From IMG/VR virus record IMGVR_UViG_3300035676_000011, positions 1-48,846 of that record: a stretch of 48,846 bases of DNA; one strand, given 5' to 3'. Within the stretch, counting starts at the first letter, position 1. The number at the start of each line of letters is the position of its first letter. The stretch is from a virus (lineage: Duplodnaviria; Caudoviricetes). Below are positions 16,390 to 27,400 of this stretch, piece after piece. The translations under genes were made by a program, and so were the position numbers. The notes under the pieces were generated by a model. The model worked only from the letters and a program-made list of their open reading frames with translations, had not been told where the DNA came from and made no database searches.

Positions 16390-18954
16390 TTATAACTCTG
16401 ATTCCAAAATGTAACTAGTTAATCCACCTAAAGTTAAAACAACAGTATCTCGTACTGTAGCCCATGATGTGCCACTGCCTGTTACTGTAAAATTTGCCAT
16501 TTGAGAAGTAACTTCCGATAAACTAATAGGAGTTGCGGCTAAAGAACCTGTTAAAGATGATCCAGAAATTACATCGTATATTTGAATAACTGCATTAGAT
16601 GAGCTAGGACTACCTATTGCACTGATAGCAGTACCAAAATTTGTTAGACTTGGAATTGTTCTCATTGAAGGATAGTTTGTAGAAAATAAGCAATTTGTAG
16701 TGGAAATTATTATTCCATTGTAACCAGAATCAAAAATACTGCTACCATTTCGTGCTACTAAAGGTCTTGCGTATCTCTGGCACAATGCTAACTCTCCACC
16801 GACACTCCCACCTGCCCTCTCAAATGGCGCGGCTACGGAGCCTTCATTAAGTTGAACTCCTGTTATTGCAAATAAATCTCCAGTAGCCGTAACAAGATCA
16901 CTCGTTCCATTTTGAGCATTAATATTCACCTGAATTCCGAACCCCACATTAGTAGAGAGTGGAGCAAAATTACATACAACGTCAGTCCAGGTAGTATTCG
17001 AAATTGCGGAAATATCAACGATAGGTGATATAGATTGTTCTGTGCCAACAGAACCAAAATTATCCGCACTAGACGCATATTGTAAGGTACAATTTAAAGC
17101 TATGCCCGACTTAATAGTTGTGCTTAACCTTTTTATCTTGAAACTAAGTGTAACCTTCTTACCTATAAGCAAAGAAGAATTTGATGATTCTATACGAGTC
17201 ATTAATTGAAAATTATCTACCCTAGTGTCTGTTATTTCCCACTTTAATGCGCTAGTAAATCCAGAAGGCAATGATGTTGTGTACTGACTTACTGTAGATC
17301 CAGTAAAACCGACACCCTGCATAATGGAATAAAATCTCCACCTATCCGCCCCATAAATTCCGGGGTTATCGGAGGTAGACACTATAGAAGAACCTCTCTG
17401 CCAGAAATCAAATCCACCATTAATTATGTAGTTCCTACTTGAATAACTTGGCGTAAATCTATTTGCTAAAGCACTTGTAACCGCCCCATTTAAGCCATTA
17501 CGCGATGCATCAAACCATGTTGTATCTGTAATATTTTCTGGTTCTAAATCAAGAATTGCTCCGAGTTGTATTATAGATATGTTGTCTAACTCAATTCCCG
17601 AGTTCACTGGAATTGAACCAACTACGCCGACTAAAAATGAATTTATCGAAATGGCTATCCCTTCAAGGATATAAGTTTGAAAGTTTGTAGTTAAATTTGG
17701 GTTACTGACTTCCACATAGTTTGTTAAAAAATCTGTTGTCAATTTCGCTGTAAAATCACCGCCATCTGTAAACTTTCGAGCCTGACAAGTGATCCTATAT
17801 CTTTTCCCTACAGTTGCCCCACTGCTTTTATAAATATAACAATCTCCACCCCCTGATTTTAGTAGCCTAGCAACATAATTAGCTGTATACAGTTTTGCTG
17901 TAGTCGTCGTATTCGGACTTGCAGACCACCACGTTAACGATGCGCCATCGGTATATCCAGAATCAAATGTAGATTGGTTTTTTCCAGAATCATTTGTAGA
18001 TACTAATTCAGTCATCGACCCGCCAATATCCTCATAGTCAAGTTTTGCGCCAGCGGAATATCTTTGTAATTTTTCTGGAAACGATGCGATATTGTAATTG
18101 AATTCAATGTGTCTGTAGTGTGTACCAACAAAACCTCCATCGCCCAATTTGTTTATCACTGCTGTTCCCCAAGTTCTTGCAGTTTTACCCGTTGATGATA
18201 CTGATAAAATTCCGTCAATATAACCTTCGTGTGTTTCAGTACTACCATTATTATCTTTTCTAATAAATATTGTATTTATAACTTTATTGTTATAAGCAGA
18301 AGGGATTGTCATTGTTGTATCACTAGATGCTGATCCATCTCTTGATAAAAAAGATAAACCATTTGCTGCATTTTGTGTGATAAAATAACCATTCAATCCG
18401 CCGGCACCACTTAATGTCTTTATAAAATATCCAGAATTAGAATCCCAAGATGCTATTTTAAAAGTATTTAAGATAGATACATCTGAAGAACCATATGAAT
18501 AATTATAAGGCATATTAATTACATTTGCAGAATTAAAATAATAACTTGACTTATCAATACTATTATCAAGTACATCCTGTTTTGATGCTAATGGATTTAA
18601 TTTCGATCCGTCATCCGTAAATACTACATCGGCATCTGTTGAATATGCTAAAGTTCCTTCTTTTCGAGTTAACGCAGTTAAATTTGCTGTAGTATTTTTT
18701 GGTAAAGTTACTCTATTTGAGTTACTTGCAGTTCCTCCATCAATATCTTTATTAGTCAATGATTGTGTATCAGATGTTCCAACAATGTTTCCAGTAGCTC
18801 CATGTCGACCAGACGAAGCATTGTGAGAAGAAATAGAACTTGATACATCACCAGAGTTCTGTAATGTTCCGCCGTTTGTCGGCATATTTACGGTCTGATC
18901 GCTAGATAAGTTTGAATCATCTAGGATTATTTTTCCTATTTTTTGTGTTGTCAT
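16390..18954 (-). CDS. Tail fibre / receptor-binding protein
   Basis: S/T/G-rich; LamG-like segment; RNYIINGGFDFWQRG and GVQLNEG...ELALCQRY fibre motifs. Confidence 0.8.
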   Translation of the reverse strand: MTTQKIGKIILDDSNLSSDQTVNMPTNGGTLQNSGDVSSSISSHNASSGRHGATGNIVGTSDTQSLTNKDIDGGTASNSNRVTLPKNTTANLTALTRKEGTLAYSTDADVVFTDDGSKLNPLASKQDVLDNSIDKSSYYFNSANVINMPYNYSYGSSDVSILNTFKIASWDSNSGYFIKTLSGAGGLNGYFITQNAANGLSFLSRDGSASSDTTMTIPSAYNNKVINTIFIRKDNNGSTETHEGYIDGILSVSSTGKTARTWGTAVINKLGDGGFVGTHYRHIEFNYNIASFPEKLQRYSAGAKLDYEDIGGSMTELVSTNDSGKNQSTFDSGYTDGASLTWWSASPNTTTTAKLYTANYVARLLKSGGGDCYIYKSSGATVGKRYRITCQARKFTDGGDFTAKLTTDFLTNYVEVSNPNLTTNFQTYILEGIAISINSFLVGVVGSIPVNSGIELDNISIIQLGAILDLEPENITDTTWFDASRNGLNGAVTSALANRFTPSYSSRNYIINGGFDFWQRGSSIVSTSDNPGIYGADRWRFYSIMQGVGFTGSTVSQYTTSLPSGFTSALKWEITDTRVDNFQLMTRIESSNSSLLIGKKVTLSFKIKRLSTTIKSGIALNCTLQYASSADNFGSVGTEQSISPIVDISAISNTTWTDVVCNFAPLSTNVGFGIQVNINAQNGTSDLVTATGDLFAITGVQLNEGSVAAPFERAGGSVGGELALCQRYARPLVARNGSSIFDSGYNGIIISTTNCLFSTNYPSMRTIPSLTNFGTAISAIGSPSSSNAVIQIYDVISGSSLTGSLAATPISLSEVTSQMANFTVTGSGTSWATVRDTVVLTLGGLTSYILESEL

Positions 18955-18968
18955 TTATTCACCTCTTT

Positions 18969-19691
18969 TTAGAAATAAGTCTTTTGTGCTACACAATACC
19001 ACTCTACATTTGTAGCAGTTTCTCCTGTAACTCTAATTCTAATATTTCCTGCGCCATCGGTATCTATAGTCGCATCATATGCTGCTACATCTTCATCTGT
19101 TAGTTTACTTATTATTCTTACGGAAGCGGTTCCTGAACTATTTTCCGCTAGCACTTTTAATTCATATGCGTTAGCATTGGAACCGTCTTTTCTGGCACAA
19201 ACCATAGCAGTTATAAACATACTTTCATTTGTAGGAATTGCTATGGTTGCTAGTGTAGCTGCGTTTCCGTCTGTTGTCACTAATCTAGCTTTAACTCTTC
19301 CTAGCAGATTATCTAGATTAAATCCCATAACATAAGCAGCAAAAGTTTTATTTCCACCGCTTATGTTTGTTACTCTAATCTGATCTGTACTCTGTTGAGA
19401 AATTGTGTAATTAGTTGCTTGCGCTTCTTGGGAAATTATTTCCCCGCTTTCAACAATTCTTACATCAAGTTGAGTTAATGCCATTCCAAAATTATGTGTT
19501 AAATCTTTATAGCCATTATTAGCCACACTTTCGAAATAATGAGTTGTATTATCATCTCCGAAATATTGTACACTCATTGCGTTACCGAGCAAAGTATAAA
19601 TATTGTGAATAGCTGACCATAAACTAGAACCTCCGGGAGTTCCTAGATCTGGATGTGCTAACTCAAACCTTCCAGCCGCAGTTGTTGTCAT
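18969..19691 (-). CDS. Tail-associated structural protein
   Basis: Beta-rich, THNFG motif, located in the tail module. Confidence 0.6.
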   Translation of the reverse strand: MTTTAAGRFELAHPDLGTPGGSSLWSAIHNIYTLLGNAMSVQYFGDDNTTHYFESVANNGYKDLTHNFGMALTQLDVRIVESGEIISQEAQATNYTISQQSTDQIRVTNISGGNKTFAAYVMGFNLDNLLGRVKARLVTTDGNAATLATIAIPTNESMFITAMVCARKDGSNANAYELKVLAENSSGTASVRIISKLTDEDVAAYDATIDTDGAGNIRIRVTGETATNVEWYCVAQKTYF

Positions 19692-19694
19692 TTT

Positions 19695-20099
19695 TTACCT
19701 CGCATAATGCATATGTTTATCTTCTATTTGTGCATTTCTTTGGTCAATTTTAACTGATCCATCTCTAAAAACAGTTACTACGTTATCTCTAGTAACTAAA
19801 GCAAGGCCGATAAGTTTAGATTGTAATTGTCCTTTTGGAGAATTAACAGGAACAAAACTAGCAGCAACCCATTGAAAGTTACAAAAGTCATAACCAGGAT
19901 ATTCCACTATTCGTACTATTTCTTTAGTTATGATATTTTTTCCTTCTATAACTGCATATAATAACCCATTTTTGGTTTGCATAAATGCAGAATCAGTAGC
20001 ATTGTCGCCACTTCTGTTCCACTGGGATTTCCATGTTGGAATATCTTTAGCATATTCAAAGACACATCTTAAGTTATATAACATTCTAAACTTACCCAA
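19695..20099 (-). CDS. Hypothetical tail-region protein (start uncertain)
   Basis: ORF fills the gap in the tail operon. Confidence 0.6.
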   Translation of the reverse strand: MGKFRMLYNLRCVFEYAKDIPTWKSQWNRSGDNATDSAFMQTKNGLLYAVIEGKNIITKEIVRIVEYPGYDFCNFQWVAASFVPVNSPKGQLQSKLIGLALVTRDNVVTVFRDGSVKIDQRNAQIEDKHMHYAR

Positions 20100-20116
20100 C
20101 CTTTATTTAGTTTATT

Positions 20117-20788
20117 TTATGCAGTATAGCTATAAGCAATTATAAATTCACATTGGTATATACCACCTTCAGCAAATGCGGAGGCAATATATTGTCTAAG
20201 CCTAATGTGGGCATATTCTCCTAATGCAGTATCGCCAGACTTTCCAATTTTACCCGCCACTGGTGATGTAGCTGCTGTTTCAACACTAGAATTATTATAA
20301 ACCATTGCGTCAGTTATTAACCCAAAAGAACTTGCTAAATCAATGCCGTCAGTACCATTATCACCAAATATTTTTACTTTAGTTGGATATGTAGATTGAT
20401 CAAATTGATTTGCATCAATAACATCCCATCGCTGATCAATCCATAGGCCACTAGATAAACCATCCGCATTATTCTTACTAGATCCAGATGAGTTACCCAT
20501 ATTTTTTATAGCGGTGTAGTCACTTGCTGCGGTTCTAGCCCCACCATAAGTATATCCTGTTTCAACTCCATACTGTTCTAAATAAAATTTAACAGAAGTA
20601 ATTGGGTCAATAGTAGCATTATGTTTTATATAAATGTCTTGCCTACCCTGATTATTAGTTTTGTTTGTTACAGGGGCGAAACTACCATTGACACAAGAAC
20701 CTAAGTCAAGTCCAGTACCTCCCCCGGCTAAAGAATCAGATAAAGCTGCTCCACCCATAGTTTCTGACACAGTTAAAGAAACACTCAT
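20117..20788 (-). CDS. Tail-associated structural protein
   Basis: G/S/T-rich; GGAGG SD places the start at 20788. Confidence 0.65.
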   Translation of the reverse strand: MSVSLTVSETMGGAALSDSLAGGGTGLDLGSCVNGSFAPVTNKTNNQGRQDIYIKHNATIDPITSVKFYLEQYGVETGYTYGGARTAASDYTAIKNMGNSSGSSKNNADGLSSGLWIDQRWDVIDANQFDQSTYPTKVKIFGDNGTDGIDLASSFGLITDAMVYNNSSVETAATSPVAGKIGKSGDTALGEYAHIRLRQYIASAFAEGGIYQCEFIIAYSYTA

Positions 20789-20814
20789 TTTATTTTCCTC
20801 CATGAAAATAAGTT

Positions 20815-22506
20815 TTATTCTTTTGTAATCGTTGCATTCGCTCCGCTTACAATACCATTATATCCAGGATTCCACATTCCATATGGAAACATCTGTAAAC
20901 TAAAACCAATAACTTTAATTCGTATTCCTTGAGGGTCATAGCTTATATTACGTATGAGCATTGGAACATTTTCCAATACAGTTGCCCCAATATCTACGGT
21001 TAAACTTAAAAAATTTCCTAAGTCAATTAAAAGTAATCTCCATGTAGCACTATATTCGACATATTCAAAAAAGCTAGAAGTTAACTTCAATATTTCTTTC
21101 GTCTGATATTCGACATCAGATTGTACACATAGATTTGGGAAAGTTAATTGCTTTGAAATCGTTTTTCCTAATTGAGATATGCTTGCGTCATTTCTAAAAA
21201 ATACAGAAGTTCTTACATTTTCGTTTGCGATTGGCTCAAAATTATAAGCTGAATTTAATCTATTTGTTTGATTTCTATCATCTAGATATAAAGAAAAAGA
21301 GTCTTTTTCTATGTCCCAATTTCTTACATTTATAGAAGGAGAAGAAACAAACTCATCATAGTGCATTGCAAATAATTTTAATTTTCTATCTAATGTTATA
21401 TATAACTCTAGTCTAACTTGTTGTAGCATCGATCTAACATATGCAATGAGGTTTTGCGAATCTCTCACCCAAACTCTACTGACAAATGTAGCTATTGCAC
21501 TTTCCGCTGGTGCTGCTTTAGCTGCATATGTAGTCCAATTAGCATCAAAATCACTGTCTGATAGCCCACCAAATAGTTTTAGCATGTGTTTAGCTTGGTC
21601 AACAATATTAGTGCCTACAGTGCTCTCAGAAACTTGACAAAAAAATTCATCTCCACTAGCAAATTCATAGCTATCTGTGTCAATTTTTGTATGTCCGTTT
21701 TGGGTTATTTCAAAGTAGTTATAGTTTACTCCAATTAATATATCTCTGTTGTCTATATTGTATTGTTGTCCTCCTCTTTTTAGCCAAACGGCATTTATAT
21801 TAAAAGAGGTTAAGGTATTTGACGAAATCCAACAACCTACTGATATACTATGATCAGTATCTCCATTTACATTTGGATTGGCTCCGTTTATCACTATTCC
21901 AGGAATTGCAGCATTATTTATTAGATTTGTTTCCCAGTTTCCCAAGATAAAAGGAATAAATGATCCTTCTATTGCGTCTTCTATATCTGGATAAGTATTT
22001 TTATCAAAAACTGTTGTAGGTATATTAATATTTAGCCTATCATAGTCATCTCTTGCTATGATAGAGAGGGTTTTTATGTTTCTTTTTATTCCGCCAATCT
22101 CAGTGATGCTGCCTTTCCATATCGTTCTATATGTACTCTCTACATCGCGTAATCCAAGTTTTATTGTTAAAGATTTTCCTGCAAGTCCTGCAAAATTTAC
22201 ACCGCCTGGAAGAAGATCGTTAAAACGTCCATCAACATTACTAAGTTCTAAAGTCAATGTTGAAAATTCTAGCTCATTTTGTAACCAATCCCCGATTGTA
22301 CGATTTATTGCGGGAAATTTTACTAGAGATTCATAAAAACGAGAGCCAACATATTTGTTTCTATCGCTCGCGTAGATAGTTCTATCCGGTAGCTCTATTT
22401 CAGCAACCATTTCTAGCGCACAAGTTAAATTATCGGCACAGTTATCTAAAAAATCCTGGTCTATTGTTGTAGCCGTTAGATAAGAGCGCCTGTCCTGTGT
22501 ACTCAT
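20815..22506 (-). CDS. Tail tip / hub protein
   Basis: Second gene after the tape measure; size and beta-rich character fit. Confidence 0.65.
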   Translation of the reverse strand: MSTQDRRSYLTATTIDQDFLDNCADNLTCALEMVAEIELPDRTIYASDRNKYVGSRFYESLVKFPAINRTIGDWLQNELEFSTLTLELSNVDGRFNDLLPGGVNFAGLAGKSLTIKLGLRDVESTYRTIWKGSITEIGGIKRNIKTLSIIARDDYDRLNINIPTTVFDKNTYPDIEDAIEGSFIPFILGNWETNLINNAAIPGIVINGANPNVNGDTDHSISVGCWISSNTLTSFNINAVWLKRGGQQYNIDNRDILIGVNYNYFEITQNGHTKIDTDSYEFASGDEFFCQVSESTVGTNIVDQAKHMLKLFGGLSDSDFDANWTTYAAKAAPAESAIATFVSRVWVRDSQNLIAYVRSMLQQVRLELYITLDRKLKLFAMHYDEFVSSPSINVRNWDIEKDSFSLYLDDRNQTNRLNSAYNFEPIANENVRTSVFFRNDASISQLGKTISKQLTFPNLCVQSDVEYQTKEILKLTSSFFEYVEYSATWRLLLIDLGNFLSLTVDIGATVLENVPMLIRNISYDPQGIRIKVIGFSLQMFPYGMWNPGYNGIVSGANATITKE

Positions 22507-24479
22507 TATTTGGCCTCATCTATTGTAATACTAAAGTCAACATAATCAGCATTTTCTCCATTGTCCGTGTGGCTTTCTTGGGGGAGTTCCTGGAGTTTAC
22601 CAAAAACAAGATACCTGAGAGGGTATTGTGGTGTGGGAACCCATAAAGCTTTCAAATTAGTTCGTACTGTTTCAAAAATATCTTGTAGATTTGTATAGTT
22701 TCCACCACTAAAGTTCAAACTTTGAAAATCAAGTGTAACTTGAGATTTTATGCCTCTATCATTCTGCGATGTGGTAAATCCTTCTGTTTGTATGGCATCA
22801 ACAAAATGCTTTTTTGCATAATTTATTGGATTTTTAAAGCATTCCCCTTGCATACATATGCATGAGCCAAAAATAATAGTGCCTATTTGTAAATAGTTAT
22901 CTGGGTTTGTTGCATCAGAAAGTATTAATCTCCAATATCTATATCCAGATAAAGGAAGTTCTGGAGAGATATAAACATAGTTTCTTTTTGTAATGATTAG
23001 ATTTATAGTAACACCCACAACATTAAATAGTGGATCATTTGATCCTATGAGTACGACGTTTGCAGATGTTGTTAAATTATGATTAAGAATTGCTAAAGTA
23101 TCCAAATAAGTTCCTTGCGGAGTCCCCGTGTCACAAGTTAATTGTACGCTTGTTAAAGCTCCGTCAACTCCTCTCCAAACCTGTTCTACAATATCTGTAT
23201 TTACATTTTCTATAGGAAAATCTCCACTGGCTGTAGTAGATGCAGTCCAGTTATTAGGTACTGTTCCTCGCGATGGAAATTCATATAAAATTCGTAAATT
23301 ATTTGTATTGTATAAAACTACTCGAAATTGAGTAGCTAGTTTTACGGTAGAAATACTTTCGAACTGAAAACCAATCGGCTTTAGCCAATCAACGATACTG
23401 CCTAAAAACTGTATTCCTGTTACGTGTTTTTTATCTATAGTTATTTGAGACTGTAATCCAATTGGATTATGTGCATAGATAAGGGGATTAAATTGTATAG
23501 CTGTAGGTTTATTCTTGTTCATTACTCCTAAAAACTGTATTCCAATAGGAGCTTTGTCTTCAATTACCACTTCAAATTGAGTAGCTAGAGATTTTTTATA
23601 ATCAATAATACTAGTACTAAATTGAATAGGCATAAATACATTAAAAGCTTTAACTAAATAACTTCCTACTAAATATTCATCTACGAGATAACCCGCCCAT
23701 TGATGGAAAAGAGTGTTTTTATAAAGTTCTAATCCTAAAGCCTTTTTATGGTTTTCAACTTGAGAAATAAACTGTATTCCATCAGAATGTTTTTGCTCTT
23801 TAATAAAATTAAATTGTAGACCACTTCCTGAAATAATATTTTCTATAGTGCTGTTAAATTGAACCCCATTACTATTTTTATATCCATCAATAAAGGCCTG
23901 AAATTGAATGCCGTTTGAGTCTAAAGAATCGATAATGTTGACAAGAAACTGCATAGCAGTTGATGATTTTTTATCTACTAGATTTACTAAAAACTGTATT
24001 CCATTTGGAAACTGGCTTTCTATTTCTGCGATAAACTCGGTTCCTATAGAAAATATTTTATCTAAAATTTCTGTAATAAATTGAGATCCACTAGATAAAA
24101 TAAAGTCGTTTATCTCTATTTTGCTTTGAAAATCGTTCCCGGAAATAGTTCCTATGAAAGCTTCAAACTCGGTTCCTGTCGAAGAGGTATAATCTAAAAT
24201 ATTTACTGTAAATTGTGAGCCGTTTCCTCTAGGAAATTCATTTATCTTTATGAGGCTTTGTAAGCCAATAGGAAAAACGTTGTCGATCTGTGCGGTTGCT
24301 TGTATACCGTTTGATTTTAAAAAATCTATTATTTGCGCTTGAAATTGGGCAGCTATAGCTTTCTTTTTGTCTATTATTACTTCAAATTGTGCTCCGTCCG
24401 CTGCATGTACATAAGTTTGTAAATATTCTTCTGATAGATATGTTTCTTCTAAATAATTCTTCTCAGTATGTACAGTCAT
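22506..24479 (-). CDS. Distal tail-like protein with N-terminal GxQF repeats
   Basis: First gene after the tape measure; C-terminal ILNHNL...YRYWRL segment; 14-15-aa repeats. Confidence 0.6.
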   Translation of the reverse strand: MTVHTEKNYLEETYLSEEYLQTYVHAADGAQFEVIIDKKKAIAAQFQAQIIDFLKSNGIQATAQIDNVFPIGLQSLIKINEFPRGNGSQFTVNILDYTSSTGTEFEAFIGTISGNDFQSKIEINDFILSSGSQFITEILDKIFSIGTEFIAEIESQFPNGIQFLVNLVDKKSSTAMQFLVNIIDSLDSNGIQFQAFIDGYKNSNGVQFNSTIENIISGSGLQFNFIKEQKHSDGIQFISQVENHKKALGLELYKNTLFHQWAGYLVDEYLVGSYLVKAFNVFMPIQFSTSIIDYKKSLATQFEVVIEDKAPIGIQFLGVMNKNKPTAIQFNPLIYAHNPIGLQSQITIDKKHVTGIQFLGSIVDWLKPIGFQFESISTVKLATQFRVVLYNTNNLRILYEFPSRGTVPNNWTASTTASGDFPIENVNTDIVEQVWRGVDGALTSVQLTCDTGTPQGTYLDTLAILNHNLTTSANVVLIGSNDPLFNVVGVTINLIITKRNYVYISPELPLSGYRYWRLILSDATNPDNYLQIGTIIFGSCICMQGECFKNPINYAKKHFVDAIQTEGFTTSQNDRGIKSQVTLDFQSLNFSGGNYTNLQDIFETVRTNLKALWVPTPQYPLRYLVFGKLQELPQESHTDNGENADYVDFSITIDEAK

Positions 24480-27400
24480 TAGCGTACTCCGCCCGTTGCT
24501 AGTATGCGTTTCCCATCAATAGATCCCCTTTTCAGTTCTCCCTGGATTATAGGCAAAATTTTAGTTTTTATAAAGGTCTGGTCAATTGGTTGTTCTGTAT
24601 TTATCGTAAGATTAATAGTAACATCGTTTGGACGTTCTGTTCTACCTACCATTCTATTTAACGTTTCCCCGCCGTTTAAGCGGTCTAGTAACGGTAACCC
24701 AATATTTCCAACCGCATTGCGGTTAAGCACAAATTCTCCGGGAGTCAGCATTGCATTAACTGTATCGGAGCTACCAACTCCGGGAACGATGCCGCCATCC
24801 GCAAAATGCATCATTTGGCGGAAATTTCCTTGGAATACTCCTATAAACTTTTTAATAGCATCATTTAGAGTTCCTTTGGGATCTGAAACTAAATCTATAA
24901 TACTTATCGAAGAAATATAACGAGTTATGCTATCATAAAGTTTTTGTATCCAATCTGGAACAACAAACTCGACAACTTTAGAAATAACATCTCCAACTGG
25001 AGCTAAAACTTCTTTTGTAGTTTCCCAGATAGCTTTTGCTCCTGACGCTATTGATCCGAAAAAACCTTTTGCATATTTTGGGACTTTTTCTTCATTTATA
25101 GCCATAGACAGCCATTGCATAAAACTTTTATCTGTAGTTAAGCTGCGGGGAAGAACTATCTCCCCTGGAGATAGCCATGCTGGAACTTTGTCATTTTTCT
25201 TTGAGTCTCCAAATACCGTAGGTTTTCCTGGAACAACTCCGCCTTCAGCAAATGATATCCATGGAAAATCAAATCCAAGAAATTTTTCTACTGTCCCAGT
25301 TCCTCCGCCTTCAAACGTAAATAATTTTGATAAAAAATTTCCTGCGGAGCTTAAAGCAGAACTTAGCCCATTCCAGATCCAGGTGCCAGCCGCGGAAAAA
25401 GTATCTTTGGCTGAGGTAAAAGCAGAACTTAGCCCATCCCAGATCCAACTCCCAATTGCTGTTATTTTGTCCTTGGCTAATGTAAACGCACCAGTAACGC
25501 CATCCCAAACCCAAGATCCAATTCCGACAAGAGCATCTTTGGCTACTGTAAAAGCTTTTACGACTCCCTCCCAGATCCAAGATCCCAAGGCTACTATAGC
25601 ATCTTTTGCTAAATTAAAAGCGGCTACAACTCCACTCCAAATCCAAGCCCCAATAGCTATGATTGCGTCTTTTGCAGCGGTAAATCCTGCAACAACACCA
25701 CTCCAAATCCAACTACCAACACTGACAAGAGCGTCTTTTGCAGCAGTGAATGCGGTTACCATCCCATCCCAAATCCAGCTACCTATACTAACTATAGCTT
25801 TTTTAGCAGTATTAAAAGCGGTAACAACTCCATCCCAGATCCATGATCCTATCTTTATGATGTCGTCTTTTACCTTTTTAAATCCTTCCGTTGTTCCATT
25901 TACTATCCAAGCCCCAACTGCAATAATAAAATCTTTAGCTAAATTAAATGCGGATTTTATCCCTTCCCAGATCCAACCACCTAACGCAACAATGAAATCT
26001 TTTGCAGTATTAAACGCGGTTTTTAGACCTTCCCAAATCCATAGACCAATGTTTACTATCGTATCCTTTGCAACGGTAAAGGCCGTTACTAATCCATCCC
26101 AGATCCAACTTCCAACAGCTACCACGACATCTTTAGCTATTGTAAAAGCTGTTTTTAATCCTTCCCAGATCCATAGGCCAACTGCGATAATAAAATCTTT
26201 TGCTTGTTCAAAAGCTATTTTTAAGCCATGCCAAATCCAAGAACCTACCGCAGTTATGTATTCAGCAGCAAGTTCAAATGCAAGTTTTAGTCCATCCCAA
26301 ATCCAAGATCCAACGGTAAGTATTGTATCTTTTATTGCGGTTATCGCTAAAATAAAACCATCGATAATGTATGATCCTACTGCTTTAAAAAACTTAATTA
26401 CTGGTTGCCAAATATTTTCATCGAGCCATCTTCCCGCGCGCTTAAGTGCTTCCCATGCTCTAGTAAAAAATCCAGAACCAGTTTTAGAGGCAGCAATAAT
26501 TTGCCCCCCTATCCTAGTTTCTTCCGATTTGCCAATTGCTATTTCTTGTAATTTAAATGTTTGTGCTGATGCGCCTGTTGTAGTGGTTATATATTTTTTT
26601 GAAGGTTTTTTAACTTCTTGCTGCCCTGCTCCAGAAAAATCGAAAAGATTTTTCCAAAAATCAACACTAAAAATCTGAACTATTCCTTTAATAATACCCT
26701 TAAATATATCCAATATTAGTTTTGGAAGTTTACCAATTATTTTCGTTATTGCTACGATTATTTGACCTATTAGCATTGGTATAGATAAAACAGTATTAAC
26801 TATAATCATAGATACTATGTCAGCTATGTTATTAGCAATAGCCAATAAAATATCTGGAATCATCATTATTATTTGGTAAGGTAATGTAGACAAATACTTC
26901 ATCACAATAGGTAGTTTTTTTAAAACTGCTTCTATAAGTATTGGTATATTAGATATAACATTTGGGATAATGTTAACAATACCGTCTAATAAAGCATTAA
27001 TCGTATCCGCAAATTCTTTTTTACTCATATTTAAGAAGTTTATTAGGGAGGCTATCAATTGCCCTTCAGGGCCGAAAGCTGCGCCAATCGTGCTTATGAT
27101 TGAAGAAACTCCTCCTTTTACAGCATCTACTGCTTTTTGTGCTGTTTCTACGCCAGTTAAAACTCCTGATTCTTTATTTCTCTTTTTATCTAATGCTTCT
27201 CTAACTTTTATGTATTCTTCATCAGACATTTTTTTATTTTCAAGAAGTTTATTATAATAGGCTAAATCTTCTTCATATGATATTTTCGCTAAAGATACTT
27301 GATCATCTGTAAGTTCAGCAAATTTTCGGTGAAATTGAATAGTTTCTTCTTTTTTACTTTCATTTAAATCTTTATATGCTTTTATCTGCTCAAGATTAGC

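Noticed and set aside
25188-26678. 496-aa plus-strand ORF with PSQIQ repeats
   Set aside because: Antisense shadow of the tape measure repeats; no SD or independent motif.
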